From contig OX597815.1 of the NCBI GenBank assembly GCA_951406725.2, positions 141,670,001 through 141,734,000 of the forward strand: a DNA stretch of 64,000 bases, given 5' to 3'. The notes beneath the pieces are model-generated. The model was given only the letters and a program-made list of their open reading frames with translations. It searched no databases and was not told the DNA's origin. How positions within the stretch are numbered: position 1 is the first letter of the stretch; each line of letters starts with the position of its first letter. Below, piece after piece: positions 12,824 through 25,853 of the stretch. The stretch is from Octopus vulgaris (lineage: Eukaryota). Both the position numbers and the translations under genes were made by a program.

Positions 12824-14099
12824 GATGTGTATAACTATCGATATATATATATATAGTGAGAGAGAGATACAGCCCTCTAAAAACGCACATCCTACATGAA
12901 CATATGTTATTAAGTCGTTTATCTTTGATTTTGGCCCGTCCCTGCCCCTTGTCTCTCTAAGTCTCTCTCTCTCTCTTTTTCTGTCTCTCTCTCCCTATCT
13001 TCTCGCTATATATGTATATATATATATATACATAAACATATTTATATAATAGTATATATATATATAAATATATATATGTGAGTGTGTGTCTCTATGTATG
13101 TGACCATAAGTGCAAATTTATGTACATGTAACTAGTTACGTATGTATGTGTGTTTATAGCATTCTATGTCAATGTGATTTATTATGTAGTATAGCTGGTA
13201 ATACTTTTGAGAAGCCAACAATGAGGCAAAATGTCTGAGAAGATTCGATATGGCTTATTGTGTTTTAAAATATAATTACTGATAATAAATATACTGCTTA
13301 CTTTGAACTGAGCTAAGTTACATGAATGAATACTAAATTACCCAATACAAATAATGATATTGAACGCTAAGAGTAGTCTGTGTTCCAATATGCACAATCT
13401 TGATAATATCTCCGCCAAAATAAATATGAAAATAAATGTAACAAGTTATATAAATATAACACAGTTGATGCATACGTACGTATGTATATAGATATGTGTG
13501 TGTATGTGTGTGTGTGTGAGTGAGTGAGTTTGGATGTCTGTGTATATGTATATGACTATATATGTATATGCTTACATGTATATATGTGTGCGTGTGTTCG
13601 CGCGCGTACACACACACATAAAATAAATTAAGATTCTGTTGAATAAGGTACTTAAAGTTAAGGCAGTTGGTTGGATCAGAACTAGAATGCATACACAGCA
13701 ACTACATTCGAATACCAACATTGGTAACGAAGTAATGGCAGAAGGATATTCATGTTATGTATGCAATTAATTGAACCCAACTGAGTATATCTTCAGCCCT
13801 TGGGCCAATTCTGAAACGTACATTGTATTAAATATACGGTCTGAAAGATACTTCGGATACCGCGAGATGCAGGTTCCAAGAGAGATGAATTATAAATAAA
13901 GAAAAAAATGATGGATAGCTGTCATTTCATTACAGCCATTTCAAGCGAATTTTTAATTGATCTATGAGTACAGTATATTATTACAAAAACCGTTTTCTTC
14001 AAACGAATGACAGAATTAAGGACATTTAAGAAAAATTCTATATCCACGGCACATACATATTTGATGATTCCCTGATTGACGCTTATCGTTTGAATAACC

Positions 14100-14290
14100 T
14101 TGCTAAACCAAAACAGAAAAGATTCAAGTGGTTTAGTAGGAGGGGACATCACTATGACATATGTAGGTGGGGAATATTTAAATTTTATTGACTTGAAGAC
14201 GTTTTGTTGGCATGTTGGTGAGGGGGAATCGATTTTAAATATCGTAATGCAAAACGTGGTAATATATAGGATACAGATATAGAATAAGGC
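14100..14290 (+). pseudogene. FTP/fucolectin-like domain remnant
   Basis: SSGLVGGD...TFCWHVGEGESILNIVMQNVVIYRIQI*NK resembles AVDG..C.HT..I..I.IYNR; a following exon-like piece at 14505 reads NRMGFQLQLYD. Confidence 0.5.
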
Positions 14291-14689
14291 ATAAAGATGA
14301 TTTGAAGAAGGAAAGTAAATATTCTGTAACCTCTTCAATGATTTTCTCTCTTTCGAATCTCCGTTTTGTCATTTCTATTCCGTTTTGTCTTTCAAATATT
14401 GTGCATTGAGGTGACCCTTAAGTGAAAGGAAGTGATATGCTGTAAAATATTCATTAACTACGTGTAATTTTTCATTCTCCATTGTGTTCTTCCAATATGC
14501 ACAGGGATTTTATGCGAAGTTTTCCGAAAGATTTACTAATAGAATGGGATTTCAACTGCAATTGTATGATCTACACGTTTCTTAATTTTTCCTATTAGTC
14601 GATATAGTGAGCGAAGTTCGGATTATAACAGAGTGCTTAAAGAATTTCTACTTGAATTTTAAAATCCCTAATTTATTTTGTTGTGCTAT

Positions 14690-15109
14690 TAAAAGCTACA
14701 GTAACACCCACCCTTTGTGGTTAGCCATATTGAGATGGCTATTATACTTTACGTTGTCGAGCGGTTACTGTTTACATCTCGTTCAGAGATTTATTATTGC
14801 TTGCAGACAGTTTTTCGAAATCAGTGACGGAAGTTACTAGAAAAACACTTAAGTATTTGCATACAGGTCTTCTTTTTCATCGTAAACCGGTGATTACCGC
14901 CCGTTGACAAGAGGCAACTACCTCGAAACTCCGGTCCGTGCATATCACTTAGGCTTATGAGAGAGGGATGACCACCCTTTGCAAATACCATAAGGGCACA
15001 GATAGTGTGCCTAAAGCCAGCTGGAGACGATGATCTCCTGGAGCTAAAAGCTACAGTAACACCTACCCTTTGTGGTTACCCATATTGAGATGGCTATTAT
15101 ACTTTACGT

Positions 15110-15110
<1 letters not shown>
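14690..15110 (+). mobile_element. Retrozyme-like / Penelope-derived element: 66 bp direct repeats 355 bp apart around one hammerhead
   Basis: DRs 14690-14755 and 15045-15110; hammerhead-like motif 14890-14948; ends in (TA)n. Confidence 0.7.
14890..14948 (+). ncRNA. Type I hammerhead ribozyme-like motif, degenerate core
   Basis: gtgat..gcccg-TTGACAA-GAGG caacta CCTC-GAAA-ctccgg-TC-cgtgc..atcac; stems I-III can pair; core has 2 substitutions versus CUGANGA. Confidence 0.7.
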
Positions 15111-15174
<64 letters not shown>

Positions 15175-15282
15175 AGATACATAAATAGGCAGACAGGCAG
15201 ATAGACAGAGACAGGCAGACAGACAAACAGACAGATAGAGAGACAGATAGAAAGATAGATAGATAGATATATAGATAGATAT

Positions 15283-15354
<72 letters not shown>

Positions 15355-16003
15355 CTATGATGTGTAATGAGTGGAATAGTCTAACGTATGCCTTTCTCTT
15401 ATTTTTTCGTTTCTTGCTGATCGATATATATTGTGAATGCAATGTATTTTGTGTGTATATACATAGTTATGGTATATTCTGACTGTAGTATAGTACAGTA
15501 TAAAACTCGCCCACCTTCACAGTTACCCTGTGATATCCAATAGTAGTATCATATGTAACTCCAGGGTTGAGTTCGTTTGGGCATCTATAGCTCCTCAGGT
15601 TATTATGTAAATATTGTCTCCGTATGTTCAAAATCCTTGGCTTCAAGTTCATTTTCTTTGTTTGCCCGTGGCCTGAATTCAGAAGTAGCCCCTGAACTTA
15701 TCAGAGTGTGCTGTCACTGAAGAGCTGTTGGAAAACTCGTTTGAATGTGTAGATGTAGGGAGAGGTCATTCTGTCCCTGTTCAAGTGGTTGCAGTTGTAA
15801 ATGGATTGGCATTGTTTGTGACTCAAATGTATGTTTACAGTTATTGAACTATCTCTTTCGCATTCATATATTAACAGTTTAGATTTTAATTAATAAAAAA
15901 ACGGAAACCATTATTCTACACAAATTTAGTTAATTTTGTTAAGCTCCCTTTGCAGTTTGTAATTTTTTTTTTATTTTTTTGCAGGTAATGTAAAGTTTGA
16001 GCC

Positions 16004-17173
16004 ATGGCAAACAATTTAAATCAAGAGCAAAAAATGTGGATACTAAATGACGAGCAGGTGTGCACAGCATGACAAGAAGCCTTTCGCACTCTGACACCTT
16101 CACGCTATACAATATATTGGATGAAAAAATAAATTTGATGCCACTGGTTCAGTGAGTAATGCACCAAAATCTGGATGCCCGAAGATTTTGTGACTGAAAA
16201 GAATGAGATGTTATTGGCTATGTTATTTATGAACAGTCCAAAGAAGTCCACACGACGTGCTTCTCATGAACTGTCCATACCAAGAACATCATTGCAACGC
16301 CTAATGCCTAAACTGAAATTAAAACCTTTCCGTCCACGACTGGTACATGGTCTTTTCGAGTACGACCAAGATCACCGGCTGCGATTCTGCGAAATGATGC
16401 GTGACCAAATTGGTAATGAGGAAGCAGACTATCTAGCTAAGATTATCTTGCCAGATGAGGCTTAGCTTCAAATTATCCGGTCAAGTAAAAAGCTATAACC
16501 CCGTGTACTGGACTTATGAATATCCCCATTGGACCATAGTATCTCATCTGAACCTTAATTGGTGTTACAGTTTGGAGTGCACTCTCCAGCGAAGTTATTA
16601 TCGGGCCCGTTTTCTATGATAGAACGGTAGATGCAGAGAACTACTTGGAAATGCTTTGTGGCGCAATAGTACCACAACTCAGAACCAGAGCTAAGTTTGA
16701 TTATCTGTTCGTTCGGCAAGATGGTGCACCTCCACATTATGCGTTGACACTAAGAGACTATCTTAAACAAGCGTTTCCACAGTGTTGGTTTCGAAGATTA
16801 GGTAGAATCGAATGGCCACCGCTTTCACTAGACCTGACACTAATGGATTTCTTTTTTTGGAGTGCTGTAAAGAACAAGATATTTGAGAAGAATCCCAAAA
16901 CAGTAAATGAATTAAAGGATTACATTTCTGATGCATTCACTGAAATTGATGGCGATCGGAATTTCTGCCGCAGTGTGTGTAAGAGTGTTCTGAAGAGATG
17001 TGAAGATTTCTGGAATAATGAAGGACATTTTGAGCATCTGAAAGATGGGACATTGTCTGTTTAAGATATGTGTAAACGATATCATTGTAAGATAAAAATT
17101 TAAATGTAATACGTTTTAAAAGAAATCTTAAATGCCTACGTGATAAATGTAAATCTACTTTAGGTCCACCCTG
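16004..17173 (+). mobile_element. DD41D (rosa/Visitor-type) Tc1/mariner element, decayed
   Basis: SPKKSTRRAS, QDGAPPH-x-WPPLSLDLTLMD with 41 residues D to D; right end ggtccaccctg|TA; left TIR not found. Confidence 0.88.
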
Positions 17174-17206
17174 TATACACACACACACACACAAACATAT
17201 ATATAT

Positions 17207-17730
17207 TGGTTGATATCCTTTTTGTCTCGGGAGACAATGGAGTTGCGCATAAAATAGTCTAGTCCGGCTTTTACAATTCATGTCCTGATACATTTCCTGC
17301 TGTGGCTGTGTAGTCCTATCCTGGACAAACACTCCCTCTGGCAGGTACCGCAAATGTAGCGAAGACTGTTGTCAACCTGGCTGGTTGTAATGCCATAGTT
17401 TCTTGTTGACGTCTTTTCTTGTCTTTCCATTTCTCCTCTCTCTCTCTCTCTGTCACTCCTTTGTATTCCCTCTTTTACGGCACGTCGACAATCTCCACGG
17501 TTGCTGGCAACTGCTTCCCAACCGCTAATATTGATGTTGCAGGCCTTCATGTCCCTTTTGCAAACATCCTTGTAACGTAAGAACGGTCTACCCACAGACC
17601 TAGTACCCCTAGCAAGCTCTCCGTAGAGTATGTCCTTGGGGATTCTGCCATCTTTCATACGGCTAACATGCCCAAGCCATCTCATACGTCTTTGTATGAG
17701 GAGTGCAAACATGCTTGTTATACCTGCTTG

Positions 17731-17733
<3 letters not shown>
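17207..17733 (-). mobile_element. RTE-clade LINE 3' fragment
   Basis: [33 protein letters not shown] and C-terminal CxxC..HxxxC finger (CGTCQRECLSRIGLHSHSRKC). Confidence 0.9.
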
Positions 17734-17794
<61 letters not shown>

Positions 17795-17804
17795 CATACA
17801 TACA

Positions 17805-17839
<35 letters not shown>

Positions 17840-17860
17840 TGATATTTATTCATATTAAAG

Positions 17861-18936
17861 GCGGCTAAATCTGTTTTTAAAAGGTTTGCTTCGAGAGTTG
17901 CATTTCCTCGCATTCGGTACAATATGTTTATTGTGCTAGTTTTGACTTTAAGAGTCCCTCCTAGGGCTGAGATATTTATGTATAGTAATGCTCTAATAAA
18001 TATATTTAAAGTGAATAATTAATCGATTTTTTCCTTATGAGGTTTTTCACGCTAACTACTTGATAAATTCTTATAAAGAACTAGCAGTATCGCCCGGCGT
18101 TGCTCGGATTTGTAAGGGAAATAACTATATAAGCATTTTTAGAGATCTAAAGTATAATAGCCATCTCAATATGGCTAACCACAAAGCGGGGTGGTGTTAC
18201 TGTAGCTTTTTACGTTCTGAAATTTAATAATACATTTTTAGAGAGTTACTTCCCTTATATAATAGCAGAACAATTCATTACATATGGGAAAAATGAATGG
18301 TAATTTTTTTTTAAATCGTAGACTCGTAGGCGCGCGCTAAAACCCAGAAGGGCTCGATATGAATCACGACTATAAGATACCCACTTTTGGTTACACTGCA
18401 CCGCAAAATGTGGGAGCAGTTAGGAATCTAGATCGTAGGAGACAGACACACAACTTCACTTTTATATATAAAGATTTATCCTATTTTTTAATTGCAAATT
18501 TAACCAGAATATATTCAGTGCTGAATTTTATTCTGAATAAACACATGTACTGAGACGTAATTCGAAAAAGCCGCTTCATACTTTGATATATAAGTGTGAA
18601 CAATTTTATGTACTATGCTGGATACATTTGGTGTTCTGGTAAGTTTATTTTTTGGTTCCTTTTTATGGGTCTTGATTATGCCTGCACTGAAAATTAAGAG
18701 GTGCATTTTGTGCACTAATTATGAGGTCATATGATCTGCGGCTGAATCTGTTTTTAAAAGGCTAGCTTCAAGAGTTGCATTCCCTCACGTTCGGTACAAA
18801 GTTTTTATTATAGAAATTTTGTCTTGAAGAATCCCTCCTAGCGTTAGGCATTTATGTATAGCAATGCCCTTAATATATATAAATATATATAAAGAGAATA
18901 ATTAATAAATTTTTCCCTTATTATGTTTTTCACGCG

Positions 18937-18941
<5 letters not shown>
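17861..18941. mobile_element. Partial-tandem (pseudo-LTR-like) element with ~200 bp diverged direct repeats, interrupted by a Helitron
   Basis: 17861-18058 resembles 18738-18941; right copy runs into (TA)n. Confidence 0.6.
18081..18474 (-). mobile_element. Non-autonomous Helitron (394 bp)
   Basis: Minus strand A|TCTTTATATATAAAAGTG... ccgagcaacgccggg hairpin ..CTAG|T; inserted between A and T. Confidence 0.85.
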
Positions 18942-18985
<44 letters not shown>

Positions 18986-18987
<2 letters not shown>

Positions 18988-19200
18988 CTACCAAATGGGA
19001 CAAGAACTCAAAACATCCGGACAACTAGGTGATACGGAAAGGGACAACAAAACATCCAGATAGACGATACAAAAAACCAAGGAACAATCATTCGAAGCTT
19101 TTCATCCTCAGTCAAGAACCGTATCATCCTAGCAATTTCGGCTGATTAATCTTGTGACTGCTCCAATCTGGGTAGCCCCAAGAAAACACTAAGCTAAGAG

Positions 19201-19205
<5 letters not shown>
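18986..19205 (-). mobile_element. (TA)n-embedded element, family X 3' end
   Basis: Reverse complement shares atgctcttagcttag / ccagat / gaaat / cttgactgag / gaatga blocks with 21481 and 22262. Confidence 0.7.
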
Positions 19206-19247
<42 letters not shown>

Positions 19248-19354
19248 TATAAACGTAGTAAATGTATCCCTAATTAGTGATTTGAGTTTTCTACTGCTCT
19301 TTCTAGCACAAGGCTTTCCTATGATGGAGGCCCCTTAATGTGTTTTAAAGTACA

Positions 19355-19387
<33 letters not shown>

Positions 19388-19388
<1 letters not shown>

Positions 19389-20933
19389 AGTTGCGGCCAA
19401 AATATTCAGAATGGCATTGTTGTCGTCAGAAAAGTAGATATAAGTTTTTATTAAAGTTGTTTTATATTCTATAATTTTCACAGACAATAAATACGATATT
19501 ACTTGGTATTGTCTGAGATTTTGATGTAATTTGTGTGGATAATACAAAAGTTATGGATAATTTACTGCAAAACCAATGGTGGCCAAAATAATCAGAACGG
19601 TTTTAAAAAATAACAAAATAATCAAAAACTGACAGAGAATGCTGGAATTATTTAATATTTAGTGTGAAACCCTTTAGCTTTGATATTTTTGACTGCATGG
19701 GGAAATTAAATTTTCAATTTCTTGCTGGGTGATCTTATTTCATGCTTCCTGAAGGGCGTTCCATAATTGCTCGGTTGTTTTAGGTTTTCTGGCTTTCAAA
19801 CGTTCACCTAGAATATTTTCAATTGGATTGAGGTCTGGGCTTTGAGCAGGCCAATCCATAACAATAACCTTTTCAGCCTTGAGGAAGTTCATGACCACCT
19901 TAGCCTTGTGACATGGGGCATTGTCCTGCATGAATATGGGTGGTCGCTTAGTTGAATTTCTCAGCACAGGCAAGACATGATCTTTTACAAGTTGTTTATA
20001 AACACCTGCATTTACCTTTCAATGTAATCGCAGAAAAGGGCCTACAACATCTCCAGATATCATCCCCCAAACCATGACACTTCCTCCACTGAATTTAACA
20101 CTAGTCTTAATGCATTTAGGTGACAATTTTTCACCTGCTTTTCGACGAACGTACCTTTTCCCATCTGAGCCAAATAACATAGACTTAGATTCATCACTGA
20201 AATGCACCGTTTGCCATTTTTCTTGAGACCACAACACATGTTCGGTTGCAAAGATAAGACGACACTTTTTATTCTTGGAGCTGATCAGTGGCTTCACTGC
20301 AGGGGCTCTTGCATGCAGGTCATGTTCAACTAAAGGACAAGACACAGTTTTTCGAGATAAAGTTTTCTTCAGTACAATGCTCATTGTTTTAACCAACTTT
20401 ACCATAGCATGATCTTCTCTCTTGGTCGTTTTTCTTGGCCTACCTGTAGACTTTCTTGCTTCACACGAACCACAATCATCGTAGACCTTATGAATACCGT
20501 GAACAACACTTTTTGACTTGTTAACACTTAAATTATCATTCTTTCGAAGCTTAATAATCTGCTGACGAATTGGTAACGGAGTAAGTGGCATTATATTAAC
20601 AAGGTACACTGCAAATATTCTTACTAATGTTTAGTAAACGAACCGTCATGTAAACAAATTCAAAACATTATAGTTCAAAAGTTAAATATATTAAAACATA
20701 GAGTAAAAGCAACCGTTCTGATCATTTTGGCCGCCATGGGTTTTGCAGTAAATCACTAAATCATCGATAACCTTTTTATTATCCTCTCAAATTACACTAA
20801 AATCTCAGACTATAACAAATAATATTGTATTTATTGTCTGTAAAAATTATAGAATATAAAACAACTTTGATAAAAACTTATATCTACTTTTCTGACGAAA
20901 ACAATGCCGTTCTGAACATTTTGGCCGCAATTG
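19388..20933 (-). mobile_element. Full-length DD34E Tc1 element with IR/DR termini, decayed transposase
   Basis: TIRs ~19388-19601 and ~20712-20933, each with inner and outer ggccaaaat..tcagaa.gg repeats; GRPRKT, HFSDES, QDNAPCH-x-SPDLNPIE (34 aa D to E); frameshifts. Confidence 0.95.
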
Positions 20934-20954
20934 TATATACATATATATATTTAT

Positions 20955-21699
20955 AGCGGCGTACCTACACTCTTGTGTTCACCTTATATTAGGTATATAT
21001 CCAAATTTTCTATGACTTTTACTCTATCTTTTTACCCTCTCCTTTTCCTTCCTTTTTTCACTCCTCCACTCTCACATTTCTTTACCCCCTCCTTTATCTC
21101 CCACTATTTATTACTCGTTTATCTCCCATGTAAATTTTTCTTTGTCTCTGATTCTTTTCTAATTCTTCAATCTCGCTGCTCCCCACCCATCTCTCTTTCT
21201 ACCACGTAACCGGTGTTCGGCGAGTTATGATCTTTGATTCTAGGCCTGACTGCCGATCGCGAACATATCTTATGTCCATGTACCATACTCCTGCCTTTGG
21301 ACTTTTACATAATACACGCCAGCTCAATTTTATTCGTTCTCAGTCGAAAGACACCTGTTGTTATTTCTTGTTGTTTGTATTCGAAATTGCTTTCCATGTT
21401 CTCCGTTTTGTGTATTTGTTTGTGAATTTCGTTTTTTTTTTCTTTGTTGCCGTACATATTCGCTAACTTTCATAGGGGCCTAATGCTCTTAACTTAAACT
21501 TTTTGGTGGGCAACCAGATCGAACTACCAGAAGTGTAACTGCCCGAAATGGTCGTGACTTGTGGAACTTGAGCGAGGAAAGAAATGCAAGATTGACCCGT
21601 CTTCTTTTTGCCTGTCCTTCTAATTGTTGTTTCTCTTGTCCGCCTTTGTACCGTCTATCTCTCCGAATGTTGTAATGTCCTCTATTGCGTTTTTGTTCC

Positions 21700-21702
<3 letters not shown>
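20955..21702 (+). mobile_element. (TA)n-embedded element, family X (longest copy)
   Basis: Aligns with 21988-22439 from ~21163; pyrimidine-rich; ends in (TA)n. Confidence 0.7.
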
Positions 21703-21779
<77 letters not shown>

Positions 21780-21944
21780 GGGAGGGCTGTTACCGATATG
21801 GTAATAATGGAATTTTTTAGAAATTTCTGTCGACCTTTTTTCGAGTAGCGTGCGGATTGTGAAAACATTAATGGTTAATAGACAATATGTCCAATTTTTC
21901 GGCATATTTGGCATTAGACATTTTTTCGTTTGCCCTTATTTATG

Positions 21945-22554
<610 letters not shown>

Positions 22555-23529
22555 ATATAACGCATGTATATATGTATGCATATCTATAATCCAAAATCCG
22601 CGTTGTCAGAATAGAAGATGTGATGGCCCAGTATCTATAGAAAGCTTCCGAATAAGCAGCGAAATACACAATTTCTAAAGTAACCGTTTACATATACAAG
22701 TTGAACTTTTTTATATTCTATAACTATTAATTCATTCGGTATTGTTTTAATAATGAGTTTCTGTGAGAAGTACGACTATACATGGATTTTTCCCGTGTGA
22801 AAACTTCAGTTTCAATGAAGGTCAAAGTGTATTAGAACCACACTATATAACACCACTATAGTAAACGATAGTTTGAATATATATTGTGTTTAACTGTATT
22901 GCCGCATGCCGCATTTCAATAATACTGTACCCTTTGCCGAATTCGGTAGATTCGTATTACATTTACGATTATGCTGCACATATATATATATTAAAGCTTG
23001 CTACCTATTTAAATGAATAAATGATGTTTAAATATATAACTCTGATACATTTCCAATCTGGATATGTAATGATATTTACTTCAAAGCATTTCTCATTTCT
23101 CCTTTTAACCAGCTGTTGCTATAATTTAAGACAGGTAATATTAATTGAAAATGTTATATAATATGGTTTTAACTTTATATTCTATTGCAAAGCACAATTG
23201 TTTAAGGAAGAATTATTTATGAATATAGAAGAGAAATAACTAACTAGGCTACGTGATATGTCAGTTCGCCAATACAGTATTTCAGTAAGGATACAATGGT
23301 GATACACTCGCAATATGATTAATGGAATGACATAGAATTCGTAGATTATAATATATAGAAGATCAAGCTAACTTTTTCTACAATTCTTGATATGACTATT
23401 TGTATATATGTAAAAGTTATATATCCATAAGGACATACTGAAAGTGCACATTCATTTTCTTGAAGTAACCCTATATGTTTTTTTGAGAACAGAAAAATTA
23501 AAAGCTACTTTCTCGAGTCCTGTCAAAGC

Positions 23530-23740
23530 ATAAGGGCCAGTTTCCTGGTTTTCTAGCGTATACATTTCCTACCTGGACGGAACGCCGATCCGTCGCCAGA
23601 TTAGCCATTTTCACCTGCTGAGTGGACTGGAGCTACGTGACCTGAAAATGTTTTGCTCAAGAACACAACGCGTCGCCCGATCCAGGAATCTAAACAGCAA
23701 TCTTAAGTCCAACACTCTTACCACGAAGCAACGCGCCACC
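23530..23740 (-). mobile_element. tRNA-derived SINE (family C)
   Basis: ggcgcgttgcttcgtggtaagagtgttggac head, gtagctccagtccactcagc. Confidence 0.7.
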
Positions 23741-24198
23741 ACAATATTAGATTTGTCCAGAATATGTTCACAAATATTTTCAATGGGATTCGAATCTAAA
23801 TCCTGTAATATCGAGAACATAATTATCACGGCATCACAAGTGATGCATTGTTTGCGCCTTGTTCAATAGAGCCCCATTTTTCGCAAGTTCTATTACCCGA
23901 TCTATATCGATCGTTGTCCACAAAGATAAGTGTTCATTTCACTAAACAGGTGATATTCGCAGGGAGCAAGATCGGAGTTGCATGGTAGATGGTTAACAAA
24001 AAAGTTACTAATTGCCTGAATTGTTGCCAAAAATGTGTGTGGCCATACATATTCATGTTGATTGTAGATTATTTTCTGATTCTTCCCCTGTTTCTTCCTC
24101 TAATTTTTTTACGCATTATCTAGAAAATATGAAAGAAGATAGATAGTCAAAAAGTGTAGGTTCATGTATGCATCTATGTATATAGGCACATATAGTTG

Positions 24199-24232
<34 letters not shown>

Positions 24233-25853
24233 CACATATAGATGAGTATATATATGTAAATATCTTGCATAACATCAAATGACGTTATGCTATATATTTA
24301 CCAACTCCACACTACATGCAATCAAGTGGAGACTCGTAGAGAAATGCATGCCATATGTTAATGAATCGAAGAAATGCAGCTTATGCATAACTGAAAGATC
24401 GCATATTTTTTGATCTACGAATTCCACTGCACTACCTAATTCTAGATCCGAAATTTTTAGCAAATATAGAGACAATTTTGTTTTTGGCAAACCTGTGTAC
24501 ACTACACACTTCGGGGTGAGCAGATGTCGGGCAGACTTTGGATCCCACTCTGTTGCATTATGCTACAACAGCTAGCTTAATTATAGCTTTACGGTCAAAG
24601 GAGATATAACTATAAGTTATATCGCCTTTTTCTGGGGTTTTTTTGTTTCATTTTTTTTTTCAACTCTCTACATTTTGCAACTACCTCCTCATTTTTTCTT
24701 GTGGTTTCTCTTGTACCAGCATACTGATTTACAAACTGAATAGGCCATGTACTCAGAACCTGAAAAATTGCATGGAGACACAAAACATATTATAAAATCT
24801 TGTTTAGACCAGTGTTTCCAAGCAAGACATTATTAGTAGCTCGTATATTTATACTGAGTATATCAAACGATATTTATCTCTCACTAGATGGAGTACGTAT
24901 GTATGTAGGTTTGTATGTACGAACGTATGTATGCATGTATGTATGTATGTATGCATGTATGTATGTATGTATGTATGTATGTATTTAACCATCACGCAAC
25001 ACAGTTACTGAGGATAAATTTCAGTAAATGAAATTAAGTCTCGTCAGTTGAACTGTCCTTTTTAATTCTAAACACGTCCATCATTCTCACCTAGTACCCC
25101 CCAGTTTCTACCTCAGAACAGCATTAACAGCCACTCGCTGTGAAATACACAGCCACTCGCACCTTACTTTAAAGAAAAAGGACATTTAATTGTAAAATAT
25201 CTGCAATTTCATTCATCGAATCACTAAGGTGTAAACCCTTGTGTGTATATGTGGTGGTGGTGTGGTGGTGTGGAGGTGTAAGATAGAGAGAGAGAGAGTG
25301 AGAGAGACAGAGAGACAGAGAGAGGATATTCCTGCCTAGCCATATTTAGTTATCACTCGTTTTGCTTATATCACATTTGTAGTTCGTATTTAATGAGAAC
25401 TATACAATAGGTAATAAAGTTAACTTGCGAGGGTTTTTTCAAGCACAAGAAGTGTGCAATAGCTGATGCCTATCAGAGGAAGAATAATTAATTGTATACA
25501 TCTGATTACACATATTAAATTCGAAAGAATTGTGCCCGAACAAACATTTAAGTTTTTGCGTTATATTGGTTGTTACTCGGAAAAAGTATCGTATACGAAG
25601 TATGCATTGTTGAAGGAAATGAATGCGCTTCATTATTATCATGAGTATTTTACTATAATACCTAATTTATTTCCTAAAGTTTAAGTGCAAATTGAACTTT
25701 TACTCTGAACAAAACTCCGTATATAATATAAGTTAAATTGCAGTTCCAAAATCAGACAGATTTCCACCATGCACGCGTAAATGTGAAAGAACCCGAACGA
25801 TATGCGCGTGATTGCGTAACAGCAGCCTCAACAAACATTTTATAAATATTACA

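Noticed and set aside
15710-15745. Hammerhead at CTGAAGA..GAAA
   Set aside because: No convincing stem II or stem I pairing
17278-17922. Intact 214 aa gene
   Set aside because: Chance fusion of repeat, microsatellite and a LINE 3' fragment
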